From an uncultured Alphaproteobacteria bacterium (GTDB lineage Bacteria > Pseudomonadota > Alphaproteobacteria > Sphingomonadales > Sphingomonadaceae), in assembly GCA_963751145.1 (NCBI GenBank), contig CAVVTJ010000007.1, forward strand, positions 106,136 to 170,135: DNA of 64,000 nt. The letters run 5' to 3'. The notes under the pieces are model-generated. The model was not told where the DNA came from. It was given only the letters and a program-made list of their open reading frames with translations, and ran no database searches. Both the position numbers and the translations under genes were made by a program. This document shows, one piece after another, positions 26,858 through 37,084 of the stretch. Position 1 is the stretch's first letter. Every line of letters starts with the position of its first letter.

Positions 26858-28288
26858 ATGAGCGCCGAACTGAACCGTCTGTCTGATGTCCTGGCCCGCC
26901 AGCGCGCCGCCTTTACTGCCGCCTTGCCCGAACCGCTCTCGGTTCGGCGCGACCGGATCGACCGCGCGATTGCGCTGCTGGTCGATCACAAGGACGCCTT
27001 CGCCAAAGCGGTCAGCGCCGATTTCGGCCATCGCAGCACCGAACAGACCCTGATGACCGATATCATGCCCTCGGTCGGCGCGCTCAAACATGCCAAGAAG
27101 CATTTCGAAGCCTGGAGCCGCAATGAAAAGCGCAAGGCGATGTTCCCGCTGGGTCTACTCGGGGCCAAGGCCGAAGTGGTCTATCAGCCCAAGGGTGTGG
27201 TCGGGGTGATTGCGCCGTGGAATTTCCCGGTCGGCATGGTGATGGTGCCGATGGCCGGGATCCTGGCGGCCGGTAACCGCGCGATGATCAAACCCAGCGA
27301 GTTCACCGAACGCGTCGCCGATCTGTTCGCCGAAGTGGTGCCGCAGTATTTCGCCGAAGAGGAAATGGCTGTGTTCACCGGCGGGGTCGACATTGGCACC
27401 GCGTTCAGCAAGCTCGCCTTTGATCACATGATCTTCACCGGCGCGACCAGCGTGGGCAAGCACATCATGCGCGCCGCTGCGGAAAATCTGGTCCCGGTCA
27501 CGCTGGAACTTGGCGGCAAAAGTCCGACTTTCGTCGGCCGCAGCGCCGACAAGACCAAAGCCGGCCAACGCATCGCCCTGGGCAAGATGATGAACGCCGG
27601 GCAGATTTGCCTCGCCCCCGATTACTTGCTGGTGGCCAAGGATCAGGAAGCCGACGTGATCGCCAGCGTCAAAAGCGGTGTCGAAGCGATGTATCCGACC
27701 CTGCTGGCCAACGATGATTACACCTCTGTGGTCAACGGCCGCAATTTCGAACGGCTGCAGGGTTATCTGGCGGATGCCAAGGAAAAGGGCGCCGAACTGA
27801 TCGAGGTCAACCCGGCGGGCGAGGATTTCAAAAGCTCCAACGGCAACAAGATGCCGCTCACCATTGTCCGAGGCGCTACCGATGACATGAAAGTGATGCA
27901 GGAAGAAATCTTCGGCCCGATCCTGCCGGTGATGACCTACGATTCGATCGATGGCGCGATCGATTACGTTAATGCGCACGATCGCCCGCTGGGGCTGTAT
28001 TACTTCGGCAATGACAAGGCCGAAGAGCAAAAGGTCCTCTCGCGCACGATCTCGGGCGGGGTCACGGTCAACGACGTGTTGTTCCACAACGCGATGGAAG
28101 ACCTGCCGTTTGGCGGGGTCGGGCCATCGGGCATGGGCAATTATCACGGCGCAGACGGGTTCAAGACCTTCAGCCACGCCCGCGCGGTCTATCGCCAATC
28201 GGGTATGGATATCGCCAGTCTGTCAGGCTTCAAACCGCCCTATGGCAAGTCAACGCAATCGACTTTGGCGCGCGAACTGAAAAAGTAG
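26858..28288 (+). CDS. calB: Coniferyl-aldehyde dehydrogenase-like NAD(P)-dependent aldehyde dehydrogenase
   Basis: PWNFP, FTGATSVG, ELGGKSP, NAGQICLAPDY, EEIFGP, PFGGVGPSGMG. Confidence 0.82.
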   Translation: MSAELNRLSDVLARQRAAFTAALPEPLSVRRDRIDRAIALLVDHKDAFAKAVSADFGHRSTEQTLMTDIMPSVGALKHAKKHFEAWSRNEKRKAMFPLGLLGAKAEVVYQPKGVVGVIAPWNFPVGMVMVPMAGILAAGNRAMIKPSEFTERVADLFAEVVPQYFAEEEMAVFTGGVDIGTAFSKLAFDHMIFTGATSVGKHIMRAAAENLVPVTLELGGKSPTFVGRSADKTKAGQRIALGKMMNAGQICLAPDYLLVAKDQEADVIASVKSGVEAMYPTLLANDDYTSVVNGRNFERLQGYLADAKEKGAELIEVNPAGEDFKSSNGNKMPLTIVRGATDDMKVMQEEIFGPILPVMTYDSIDGAIDYVNAHDRPLGLYYFGNDKAEEQKVLSRTISGGVTVNDVLFHNAMEDLPFGGVGPSGMGNYHGADGFKTFSHARAVYRQSGMDIASLSGFKPPYGKSTQSTLARELKK

Positions 28289-28340
28289 ACTTTTCTCCGG
28301 CATATTCACCGGGATCAGGCATGTTTTTTCGGGAAATGTA

Positions 28341-28371
28341 GGCGCTGTCCCCCTTGCGCGGGGACAGCGCC
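28341..28371. promoter_or_regulatory. 12-bp inverted repeat centred on a TTGCGC (-35-like) hexamer upstream of nuoA
   Basis: GGCGCTGTCCCC-cttgcgc-GGGGACAGCGCC. It could instead be the calB terminator. Confidence 0.4.
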
Positions 28372-28415
28372 GGGACTAGGGCGCGGGCTAACATTCAGCA
28401 AGGCGAGTCAGCCCT

Positions 28416-28790
28416 TTGATCGACCTGTCGCAATACCTGGCCGTCCTGATCTTTCTGGGGATTGCCTTCGCGCTTTCGGCGCTGTTCGTGTTCCTGCCGA
28501 TGGGCGTTGCCCGGCTGACCGGGACGCATCAGCCCAATGCCGACAAGCTCAGCGAATATGAATGCGGCTTTCCCGCCTTCGAAGAACCGCGCAGTCAGTT
28601 TGACGTGCGCTTTTATCTGGTCGCGATCCTGTTCATCGTGTTCGATCTTGAAGCTGCGTTCCTGTTCCCCTGGGCAGTGACCTTCCTCAAGCTCGGCTGG
28701 TCGGCGTGGATTACGATGATGGTGTTCATTGCCGAACTGGTGTTCGGGCTGATTTATGCATGGAAAATGGGGGCTTTGGATTGGGAATGA
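28416..28790 (+). CDS. nuoA: NADH-quinone oxidoreductase subunit A
   Basis: [25 protein letters not shown]. Confidence 0.97.
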   Translation: MIDLSQYLAVLIFLGIAFALSALFVFLPMGVARLTGTHQPNADKLSEYECGFPAFEEPRSQFDVRFYLVAILFIVFDLEAAFLFPWAVTFLKLGWSAWITMMVFIAELVFGLIYAWKMGALDWE

Positions 28791-29341
28791 GCGTTCCGGT
28801 TGATGCCCTTGGCCGCCCGCTGTGGAATGGCCCGGTAACCGCGCCCGACGCGGACTTTTTCACTGGTCTCAATGCCGAGGTCAACGACAAGGGCTTCCTC
28901 GTCGTCGGCACCGAGGAGCTGTTCCAGTGGGCCCGCACCGGCTCGCTGTGGTGGATGACCTTTGGCCTGGCTTGCTGCGCGGTCGAGATGATCCACGTCA
29001 ACATGCCGCGTTACGATATGGAACGTTTCGGCGTCGCCCCGCGTGCCTCTCCGCGCCAGAGCGACGTGATGATCGTGGCCGGCACGCTGTGCAACAAGAT
29101 GGCCCCGGCGCTGCGCAAGGTCTATGACCAGATGAGCGAGCCGAAATACGTCATCAGCATGGGCAGCTGCGCCAATGGTGGCGGCTATTACCACTACAGC
29201 TACTCGGTCGTGCGCGGGTGTGACCGGATTGTGCCGGTGGACATCTATGTGCCCGGCTGCCCCCCGACTGCTGAGGCGTTGCTCTATGGGGTGATGCAGT
29301 TGCAACGCAAAATCCGTCGGGTGGGGACGATCGAGCGATGA
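28787..29341 (+). CDS. nuoB: NADH-quinone oxidoreductase subunit B
   Basis: [24 protein letters not shown]. Start at the ATGA overlap (28787). Confidence 0.97.
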   Translation: MSVPVDALGRPLWNGPVTAPDADFFTGLNAEVNDKGFLVVGTEELFQWARTGSLWWMTFGLACCAVEMIHVNMPRYDMERFGVAPRASPRQSDVMIVAGTLCNKMAPALRKVYDQMSEPKYVISMGSCANGGGYYHYSYSVVRGCDRIVPVDIYVPGCPPTAEALLYGVMQLQRKIRRVGTIER

Positions 29342-29844
29342 AGAAACTGATCACTGTTGCAGCGCTTGCAGCTGCGAGCCAGGTCCTTGCCAGCGCGCCC
29401 GCCACCTGGGAGCGCTCGGCTTCACCTGACGCGGCAGTTTCGGTGATGACCCCGTGCAGCAAGGCTGAATTTCAAACCGATGTTGAAGGCGCCGGGTTTC
29501 GACTCGTTTGCCGCAAAGGCGGCATGATTTTTGTCGCGACCAGCGGAATGGCTGGAGGAAGTGGCAAGGTAGCGACGTTTGATGATCAGCTTGCCGGTGC
29601 GCGTGAAAAACTGCCATCGAGCGAAGTTGATGAAACGCCGATGTTCGGGCATCGCGCGTTCAAGATCGTGTGCGGGGGCCGAGACGGCGTGGCATGCGTT
29701 GAGATCATCGATTGGCGCCCCGGCAGCCCGCTGATGGTGGCTGCAATCGAGGAAGGCGGTCCCGGCACTGCAACCGCGGCAGAGCTGCCTGGCGTCCTGA
29801 CGCAAGCGCGAAATTTTTACGATTCGCTTGAGGTTGCCAGGTGA
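29338..29844 (+). CDS. Hypothetical exported protein inserted between nuoB and nuoC
   Basis: Signal peptide [22 protein letters not shown] overlap with nuoB and GTGA overlap with nuoC; 4 Cys. Confidence 0.72.
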   Translation: MKKLITVAALAAASQVLASAPATWERSASPDAAVSVMTPCSKAEFQTDVEGAGFRLVCRKGGMIFVATSGMAGGSGKVATFDDQLAGAREKLPSSEVDETPMFGHRAFKIVCGGRDGVACVEIIDWRPGSPLMVAAIEEGGPGTATAAELPGVLTQARNFYDSLEVAR

Positions 29845-30467
29845 CCGTTTTCCACTCAGCTCCGCGTATTGCCTCAAACGAAGGCGTGCTTTCGGCACTG
29901 TCATTGGCGCTCGGCACCAAGCTGATTGGCGCCAAGGAAGAGCATGGCGAGATCGTGCTCAGCGTGGCGCGGGATCAGATCGTTCCGACGCTCAAGCTGC
30001 TGCGTGACGAGCACGAATACCAGCAGATGATGGAAATGGCCGGGGCCGATTATCCCGATCGGGCCGAGCGCTTCGAAGTTGTCTACATGCTGCTTTCGGT
30101 GACCAAGAACCACCGCATCATGGTCAAGGTTTCGGCCGCCGAGGACACCCCGGTGCCCAGCATTACCGGGCTGTGGCCCAACGCCGGCTGGCTCGAGCGC
30201 GAAGTGTTCGACATGTACGGGGTGGTGTTCGATGGCAATCCGGACCTGCGCCGGATCCTGACCGATTATGGCTTTGAAGGCCACCCGTTCCGCAAGGATT
30301 TCCCGCTGACCGGCTATGTAGAGCTGCGCTATTCGATCGAAGAGCAGCGCGTGGTTTATGAACCGGTGCAGCTGGCGCAGGACCTGCGCCAGTTCGATTT
30401 CATGAGCCCGTGGGAAGGCGCGGACTATGTCCTGCCTGGCGATGAGAAGGCGGAGGAAAAGAAGTGA
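29841..30467 (+). CDS. nuoC: NADH-quinone oxidoreductase subunit C
   Basis: [35 protein letters not shown]. Confidence 0.97.
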   Translation: MTVFHSAPRIASNEGVLSALSLALGTKLIGAKEEHGEIVLSVARDQIVPTLKLLRDEHEYQQMMEMAGADYPDRAERFEVVYMLLSVTKNHRIMVKVSAAEDTPVPSITGLWPNAGWLEREVFDMYGVVFDGNPDLRRILTDYGFEGHPFRKDFPLTGYVELRYSIEEQRVVYEPVQLAQDLRQFDFMSPWEGADYVLPGDEKAEEKK

Positions 30468-30487
30468 ACCGCACGCTCACCTATCTT

Positions 30488-30569
30488 CCCGCTCAGGCTG
30501 AGCCTGTCGAAGCCCCCGCGTTTGGAGCTGCCGCTGCGTGCGGGCTTCGACAGGCTCAGCCTGAGCGGG
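30488..30569. repeat. REP-like palindromic element, copy 1 (CCCGCTCAGGCTGAGCCTGTCGAAGCCC family)
   Basis: Perfect 28-bp inverted repeat with a 26-nt spacer between nuoC and nuoD; the same unit recurs near 48.7 kb and 62.9 kb. Confidence 0.9.
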
Positions 30570-30606
30570 CATTGGGTTGTGCCGCCCACCAAATGGGAGG
30601 CGGAGC

Positions 30607-31818
30607 ATGACCATGCAAATGGAACAATCGCCCACCACCGGCGACGAGGTCATCACCAATTACACGATCAACTTTGGCCCCCAGCACCCGGCTGCGCACG
30701 GTGTGCTGCGGATGGTGATGGAGTTGGACGGCGAAATTATCGAGCGGATCGATTGCCATGTCGGGCTGCTCCACCGCGGCACCGAAAAGCTGATCGAGAA
30801 CAAGACCTACCTGCAGGCGCTGCCGTACTTTGACCGACTCGACTATTGCAGCCCGCTGGCCATGGAGCACTCCTATGTGCTGGCGATCGAAAAGCTGCTC
30901 AACCTTGAGGTGCCGCTTCGCGGGCAATACCTGCGGGTGCTGTTCGCCGAGCTGACCCGGATCTGCAACCACATGCTCAACATGGGGTCGCACGTGATGG
31001 ATGTGGGCGCGATGACGCCCAACCTGTGGCTGTTCGAAGTGCGCGAGGATTGCCTCAACTTCTTTGAACGCGCCTCGGGCGCGCGCATGCACAGCGCCTG
31101 GTTCCGCCCCGGCGGGGTCCATCAGGACGTGCCGCAGGACCTGCTCGATGATCTGGGCGTGTGGCTCGATGATCGCCTGCCGCGCCTGTTCGAAGACGCG
31201 ATGAGCCTGGTGGTCGACAATCGCATTTTCAAACAGCGCAACGTCGATATCGCCGTGGTCAGCAAGGAAGATGCGCTGGCTTGGGGCTTTTCCGGCCCGA
31301 TGATCCGCGCCGCCGGGGTGGCGTGGGATCTGCGCAAGAGCCAGCCCTATGACGTTTACGACCGGATGGAGTTCGAAATCCCGGTCGGCACGCGCTCAGA
31401 TTGCTATGACCGTTTCATGGTCCGGGTTGAGGAAGTGCGCCAGTCGGCCAAGATCATGAAGCAGTGCCTGCGCGATATGCCGCAAGGTCCGGTTTCCAGC
31501 AATGATGGCAAAGTCGTCCCACCCAAGCGCGGCGAGATGAAGCAGTCGATGGAATCATTGATCCACCACTTCAAGCTCTACACCGAAGGCTTCCACGTGC
31601 CCGCCGGTGAAGTTTACGTGGCGACCGAAAGCCCCAAGGGCGAATTCGGCGTCTATCTCGTCTCGGACGGCAGCAACAAACCTTACCGCTGCAAAATCCG
31701 CCCGACCGCTTTCAGCCACCTTCAGGCGATGGATATGATGTGCAAAGGCCACATGCTGCCCGACGCGACCGCGATTCTCGGCGCGATTGATGTAGTGTTT
31801 GGGGAGTGTGACCGGTGA
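30607..31818 (+). CDS. nuoD: NADH-quinone oxidoreductase subunit D
   Basis: [38 protein letters not shown]. Start moved to 30607. Confidence 0.97.
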   Translation: MTMQMEQSPTTGDEVITNYTINFGPQHPAAHGVLRMVMELDGEIIERIDCHVGLLHRGTEKLIENKTYLQALPYFDRLDYCSPLAMEHSYVLAIEKLLNLEVPLRGQYLRVLFAELTRICNHMLNMGSHVMDVGAMTPNLWLFEVREDCLNFFERASGARMHSAWFRPGGVHQDVPQDLLDDLGVWLDDRLPRLFEDAMSLVVDNRIFKQRNVDIAVVSKEDALAWGFSGPMIRAAGVAWDLRKSQPYDVYDRMEFEIPVGTRSDCYDRFMVRVEEVRQSAKIMKQCLRDMPQGPVSSNDGKVVPPKRGEMKQSMESLIHHFKLYTEGFHVPAGEVYVATESPKGEFGVYLVSDGSNKPYRCKIRPTAFSHLQAMDMMCKGHMLPDATAILGAIDVVFGECDR

Positions 31819-32243
31819 AGCGCCTAGTTCTTGCTTCGGCTTTGGCTTGCGCGATCATTGCACCGGTGGCCGCACAAGTCCCAGTCGGGGGCGTGTTGCA
31901 GATGCCAATCAATGCACGCTTAGGGTTCGCATTTATGAATCCCAAGGCCCCAGGCATTCTTGACAGCGTTTTTGCTGACAGCGCGAAGGTCATCGTGGTT
32001 GATTTCACGAAAGAAGGTCAGCCTAGGTCCCGCTTAGGTTCTGGCGCAAAGCAATCGGCTGAATTAGTTGAATATTCGGTAGCGGTCACGGGCTCGCTTG
32101 ATGAAATAGGATGCATCGATCCCGTTCCGGAGCGTTTGGTTTGCACCATGACTAACAAGTCTAAATCTGTGGAAATCGTTGCCCATCTCCAAAACGATCG
32201 GGTCGACGATGCCGTTGTCATTATCAAGAGGAAGGCCTCATAA
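31815..32243 (+). CDS. Hypothetical exported protein inserted between nuoD and nuoE
   Basis: Signal peptide [24 protein letters not shown] overlap with nuoD; stop abuts the nuoE ATG; more A/T-ending codons than the nuo genes. Confidence 0.7.
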   Translation: MKRLVLASALACAIIAPVAAQVPVGGVLQMPINARLGFAFMNPKAPGILDSVFADSAKVIVVDFTKEGQPRSRLGSGAKQSAELVEYSVAVTGSLDEIGCIDPVPERLVCTMTNKSKSVEIVAHLQNDRVDDAVVIIKRKAS

Positions 32244-32912
32244 ATGGCTGACCGTCATCTCGAACCCGATACCCCAGACCTGCGCGCGCGGTGGGGCTCT
32301 TTTGCGTGGTCCAAGGACAACGCCAAGCAGGCCAAAGTGATTGTCGCGCGCTATCCGGCCGGGCGGCAGCGCAGCGCGGTGATGCCGCTGCTCGATCTGG
32401 CGCAGCGTCAGGTTGGGGCGGAAACCAATACGCAGGGCTGGCTGCCGATCCCGGTGATGGAATATATCGCGGCCTATCTCGACATGCCGGTGATCCGGGT
32501 GGTCGAAGTGGCGACCTTCTATTTCCTGTACAATCTGGTGCCAGTCGGCAAATTCCACGTTCAGGTCTGCGGCACCACGCCGTGCATGCTGCGCGGGTCT
32601 GACCACATCATGGCCGCCTGCAAAAAGCGCGGGATGCAGATCGGCCACGTCAGCGACGACGGGCTATGGACGCTGACCGAAGTCGAATGCATGGGCAATT
32701 GCGCCAGCGCCCCGATGGTCCAGATCAACGACGACAATTACGAAGACCTGACGCCCGAGCGGCTCGACTCCGTGCTCGATGCGCTGGCTGCGGGCAAGGC
32801 GCCCAAGGCCGGGACGCAGGAACCGGGGCGGCACACGGTTGAGCCGCTTGGCGGGCCGACCACGCTGAAGGACATGGTCAAGGCCAACCACGATTACCGG
32901 GGGGATTGGTAA
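32244..32912 (+). CDS. nuoE: NADH-quinone oxidoreductase subunit E
   Basis: CGTTPC and VECMGNC 2Fe-2S motifs. Confidence 0.97.
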   Translation: MADRHLEPDTPDLRARWGSFAWSKDNAKQAKVIVARYPAGRQRSAVMPLLDLAQRQVGAETNTQGWLPIPVMEYIAAYLDMPVIRVVEVATFYFLYNLVPVGKFHVQVCGTTPCMLRGSDHIMAACKKRGMQIGHVSDDGLWTLTEVECMGNCASAPMVQINDDNYEDLTPERLDSVLDALAAGKAPKAGTQEPGRHTVEPLGGPTTLKDMVKANHDYRGDW

Positions 32913-32915
32913 GCC

Positions 32916-34202
32916 ATGTCACTGCAGGACAAGGACCGCATCTTCACCAACCTCTACGGCTACCAGCCGTGGACCTTGGCCGCAGCGCGCAAGCGCGGTG
33001 ACTGGGACAACACCAAGGCGCTGCTCACTAAAGGCCGCGATGGGATCATCGAGGAGATGAAGGCATCGGGGCTGCGCGGGCGCGGCGGGGCAGGGTTCCC
33101 GACCGGTCTCAAGTGGTCGTTCATGCCCAAGGAGCCGAACCCGGCGCGGCCCAGCTTCCTCGTCATTAACGCCGACGAATCTGAACCCGGTTCATGCAAG
33201 GACCGCGAAATCATCCGCCACGATCCGCACAAGCTGATCGAAGGCGCGCTGGTCGCGGGCTTCGCGATGGGCGCGCGCGCCGCCTATATCTACATCCGTG
33301 GCGAATATATCCGCGAAGCCGAGGTGCTGTTTGCGGCCGTGCAGGAGGCCTATGATGCCGGCCTGATCGGCAAGAACGCTTGCAAATCGGGCTACGACTT
33401 TGACGTGTTCGTCCACCGCGGCGCGGGCGCCTATATCTGCGGCGAAGAAACCGCGATGATCGAAAGCCTGGAAGGCAAGAAGGGCCAGCCGCGCCTCAAA
33501 CCGCCGTTTCCGGCCGGTGCAGGGCTCTATGGCTGCCCAACCACAGTTAACAACGTCGAATCAATCGCGGTGGCCCCGACCATTTTGCGGCGCGGGGCCA
33601 GCTGGTTCAGCTCGTTCGGGCGCGAGGGCAACAAGGGCACCAAGCTGTTCCAGATTTCGGGGCACGTAAACAAGCCCTGCGTCGTCGAAGAAGCGATGAG
33701 CATCCCGTTTTCGGAGCTGATCGAAAAGCACTGCGGCGGCATCACTGGCGGGAAGGACAACCTGCTGGCGGTGATCCCGGGCGGCAGTTCGGTGCCATTG
33801 GTTCCGGCTGCGGAAATCTGGGACGCACCGATGGATTTCGACGGCCTGAAAGCGGTCGGCTCAGGCCTCGGCACCGCCGCGGTGATCGTGATGGACAAGA
33901 GCACCGACATCGTCCGCGCGATCAGCCGCCTGTCCTACTTCTACAAGCACGAAAGCTGCGGCCAGTGTACCCCCTGCCGCGAAGGCACCGGGTGGATGTG
34001 GCGCGTGATGGAACGCCTGCGCACCGGCGATGCCGATGTCGAGGAAATCGACATGCTGCTCAACGTCACCAAGCAAGTCGAAGGCCACACCATCTGCGCG
34101 CTGGGTGACGCGGCGGCCTGGCCGATACAGGGCCTGATCCGGCATTTCCGGCCTGAGATCGAGCGGCGGATCGGTGAGCGCGTGCGGGAGGCGGCGGAGT
34201 GA
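32916..34202 (+). CDS. nuoF: NADH-quinone oxidoreductase subunit F
   Basis: [35 protein letters not shown]. Confidence 0.98.
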   Translation: MSLQDKDRIFTNLYGYQPWTLAAARKRGDWDNTKALLTKGRDGIIEEMKASGLRGRGGAGFPTGLKWSFMPKEPNPARPSFLVINADESEPGSCKDREIIRHDPHKLIEGALVAGFAMGARAAYIYIRGEYIREAEVLFAAVQEAYDAGLIGKNACKSGYDFDVFVHRGAGAYICGEETAMIESLEGKKGQPRLKPPFPAGAGLYGCPTTVNNVESIAVAPTILRRGASWFSSFGREGNKGTKLFQISGHVNKPCVVEEAMSIPFSELIEKHCGGITGGKDNLLAVIPGGSSVPLVPAAEIWDAPMDFDGLKAVGSGLGTAAVIVMDKSTDIVRAISRLSYFYKHESCGQCTPCREGTGWMWRVMERLRTGDADVEEIDMLLNVTKQVEGHTICALGDAAAWPIQGLIRHFRPEIERRIGERVREAAE

Positions 34203-34945
34203 GGTTCGCGCTTGCATCTGCAATGGCACTGGCGACGCTCTCCACCGCCGCCAGCGCGCAGTATGAAGCGCGTTCGGGCTCGGTGGCTGAACTGCGCGAA
34301 AATACCCGTGAATATGCGCGGTGCATGGTGCTGTATCAGCATGTTGAGGCGCGCAATCTGGTGCTGTCGAACACGCCCAATGACCGGTTGGAGCGCGAAT
34401 TCGGCTCGATCTACACCACCAAGCCGCTGGCCAAGGTGATGGGCTGTGACAGGCTGGTGATCCGCGATGGCCACGCAATCATCTTGCAGCCCGATCTGCT
34501 GCGCGGCTCGCTGGCGCAGGAGCTGGTGATTGCGGACCTGAAGGTGGCGGAAGCAGACAATTTCGCAACCCGTGCGCCGCTGTCGCACTGGCAGCCCGGT
34601 ACCATGGCGGACTATGCAGCAAAGCGGCCGCTGCAAGCGGGCCCGGTCCGGCACATCACGGTCGAACAGGCCTATGCCGAAGAACTGGGCCGGGCCTGGC
34701 TCTCGCGCTATGGCGAATGCGTGGTGCGCGGCAATTCTGCGGCGTCCTATGGCTGGATCACCGCCAAGCCGGGCACCGAGGCGGAGAAAGCAGAGATCAC
34801 CGCGCTTCAACCGGTGTTCGCCTCGTGTCTGGCGCAAGGCGAGACCTTGACCTTTGGCAAGGCGGTTCTGCAAGGCGCGGTTGCAATCAATTATTACCGT
34901 TTGGCCATGGCAGCCCCGGTATCGGCAAGCGGAGTGGCGAAGTAA
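34199..34945 (+). CDS. Hypothetical exported protein with two internal Cys-pair repeats, inserted between nuoF and nuoG
   Basis: Signal peptide; YARCMV..C..LRGSLA and YGECVV..CL..LQGAVA halves; GTGA and TAATG overlaps. Confidence 0.75.
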   Translation: MRFALASAMALATLSTAASAQYEARSGSVAELRENTREYARCMVLYQHVEARNLVLSNTPNDRLEREFGSIYTTKPLAKVMGCDRLVIRDGHAIILQPDLLRGSLAQELVIADLKVAEADNFATRAPLSHWQPGTMADYAAKRPLQAGPVRHITVEQAYAEELGRAWLSRYGECVVRGNSAASYGWITAKPGTEAEKAEITALQPVFASCLAQGETLTFGKAVLQGAVAINYYRLAMAAPVSASGVAK

Positions 34946-36948
34946 TGCCCAAACTAACCGTAGACGGCGTTGAACTCGAAGTGCCGCAGGGCGCCACCGT
35001 CCTGCAGGCGTGCGAGCTGGCGGGCAAAGAAATCCCGCGGTTCTGCTACCATGAGCGCCTGTCCATCGCTGGCAATTGCCGGATGTGTCTGGTTGAAGTA
35101 GCGCCCGGGCCGCCCAAGCCGCAGGCCAGCTGCGCGCTGCCGGCCGCCGAAGGTCAGGTGATCAAGACCGACAGCGAAATGGTCAAGAAGGCGCGCGAAG
35201 GGGTGATGGAGTTTCTGCTCATCAATCACCCGCTCGATTGCCCGATCTGCGATCAAGGCGGCGAGTGTGATCTGCAGGATCAGGCGGTGGCCTATGGCCG
35301 CGGCCGCTCGCGCTATGACGAGAACAAGCGCGCGGTCACCGAAAAGTACATGGGCCCGCTGATCAAGACGATCATGACCCGCTGCATCCACTGCACCCGC
35401 TGCGTGCGGTTCAGCGAGGAAGTGGCCGGGGTGGACGAAATCGGCGCGCTCTATCGCGGCGAGAACATGCAGATCACCACCTATCTCGAAAAGGCCGCCG
35501 CCCACGAGATGAGCGCCAATGTGATCGACCTGTGCCCGGTCGGCGCGCTGACATCGCGGCCTTATGCCTTTGAAGCGCGGCCGTGGGAGCTGAAGAAGAC
35601 GCTGTCGATCGACGTGTCTGACGCTTGCGGGGCAAACATCCGGATCGACAGCCGCGGCACCGAACTGATGCGGGTGCTGCCGCGCGTCAACGATGATGTG
35701 AACGAGGAATGGATTTCCGACAAGGCGCGCTATCAGATAGATGGTCTCAGCCGCCGCCGGCTTGATAAGCCGTGGCTGCGCGTGGACGGCAAGCTGCAGG
35801 CCGCCAGCTGGGCGGAAGCTTTTGCCGCGATTGCCAAGATCAATCCGGGCAAGTCGGTCGCGGTGGTCGCGGGCGATTTGACCGACTGCGAGACGATGTT
35901 CGCGGCCAAGGCCTTGGCCGGGGCGCTGGGATCGGATCTGCTCGAAGGCCGCCAGACGGGGCTCGATTACGATTGTTCGAACCTGGCTGCGGTCAATTTC
36001 AATTCGGGCCTGGCCGGGATCGAAGAAGCTGACGCGATCCTGATCGTGGGCAGCAATGTCCGCTGGGAAGCGCCGCTGGTGCAAAGCCGCCTTCGCAAGG
36101 CAGCGCGGCGCGGGGCGAAGGTGTTTGTGGTCGGGGCGGAGTGGGACACGACCTATCCGGCCACCTTCCTTGGCACTGACCTCGCGGTGATCGACAAGCT
36201 TCCGGCCGAAGCTGACGCGGCGTTCAAAGCGGCGCAGCGTCCGGCGCTGATCCTCGGCGGGGCCGGGCTGGGCAAGGGCGCTCTCTCGGCCTGTCTGGCG
36301 CTGGCGACCAAATACAAGCTGGTGCGGGACGAGTGGAACGGATTCAACGTGCTGCACATGGCCGCTGCCCGCATGGGCGGACTGATGCTGGGCTATGCGC
36401 AAAAGGGCGGCATCGCCGATCTGGTCGCCGCCAAGCCCAAGATGCTGATTTCGCTGGGCGCGGATGAGGTGGATTACGCCAAGTTTGCGGGCTCGATGAT
36501 CGTCTATATCGGCCACCACGGTGACAAGGGCGCGCATGCCGCCGATGTGATCCTGCCGTCCGCGGCCTACAGCGAAAAGCCGGGCACTTACGTCAACACC
36601 GAAGGCCGGGTGCAGTGGGCTGACAAGGCCGTGTTCGCCCCGGGCGACGCACGTGAGGACTGGACCATCCTGCGGGCGATGGCCGATGCCCTGAAGGTTT
36701 CGGTCGGGTTCGACAGCTTCGATGCGCTCCGCTCGGAAATGGCGAAGTCAGTTCCGGCACTGGGCCGCGAAGGTCTGGCCGATTACGGCGCGCTGCCAAA
36801 AGGCAAGGCCGGGGCCAAGGGTTCAATCGAAGCCTACCCGATCAAGGATTTCTACCTCACCAACCCGATCGCCCGCGCCAGCGTGACGATGCAGCGCTGC
36901 TCGGCGGAATTGCTGCACGGTGAGAGCTTCGCGGAGGCTGCGGAATGA
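34945..36948 (+). CDS. nuoG: NADH-quinone oxidoreductase subunit G
   Basis: CYHERLSIAGNCRMC, HPLDCPICDQGGEC, CIHCTRC. Start moved to MPKLT (34945). Confidence 0.97.
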   Translation: MPKLTVDGVELEVPQGATVLQACELAGKEIPRFCYHERLSIAGNCRMCLVEVAPGPPKPQASCALPAAEGQVIKTDSEMVKKAREGVMEFLLINHPLDCPICDQGGECDLQDQAVAYGRGRSRYDENKRAVTEKYMGPLIKTIMTRCIHCTRCVRFSEEVAGVDEIGALYRGENMQITTYLEKAAAHEMSANVIDLCPVGALTSRPYAFEARPWELKKTLSIDVSDACGANIRIDSRGTELMRVLPRVNDDVNEEWISDKARYQIDGLSRRRLDKPWLRVDGKLQAASWAEAFAAIAKINPGKSVAVVAGDLTDCETMFAAKALAGALGSDLLEGRQTGLDYDCSNLAAVNFNSGLAGIEEADAILIVGSNVRWEAPLVQSRLRKAARRGAKVFVVGAEWDTTYPATFLGTDLAVIDKLPAEADAAFKAAQRPALILGGAGLGKGALSACLALATKYKLVRDEWNGFNVLHMAAARMGGLMLGYAQKGGIADLVAAKPKMLISLGADEVDYAKFAGSMIVYIGHHGDKGAHAADVILPSAAYSEKPGTYVNTEGRVQWADKAVFAPGDAREDWTILRAMADALKVSVGFDSFDALRSEMAKSVPALGREGLADYGALPKGKAGAKGSIEAYPIKDFYLTNPIARASVTMQRCSAELLHGESFAEAAE

Positions 36949-36951
36949 GCC

Positions 36952-37083
36952 ATGGATCAGATTTTCACATCGCTGTTCGAGACGCTTGTAACGATGCTGC
37001 CGAGGCCATGGAATTGGCTCGTAGGGGCGTTTTTGGTCGTTGCGCTAGTTTGCGCAATAGTTTGGGTGTTGGGATGGCTCTGA
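36952..37083 (+). CDS. Putative 43-aa single-pass membrane microprotein between nuoG and nuoH (MDQIFTSLFETLVTMLPRPWNWLVGAFLVVALVCAIVWVLGWL)
   Basis: Fills the 136-bp nuoG-nuoH gap and has a strongly hydrophobic C-terminal helix. An alternative 47-aa frame runs 36945-37088. Confidence 0.5.
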   Translation: MDQIFTSLFETLVTMLPRPWNWLVGAFLVVALVCAIVWVLGWL

Positions 37084-37084
37084 A

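Noticed and set aside
34954-36537. 527-aa minus-strand ORF opposite nuoG, and similar ORFs opposite nuoL, nuoM, calB and rnj
   Set aside because: Typical stop-free antisense frames of high-GC conserved genes; no motifs or RBS.
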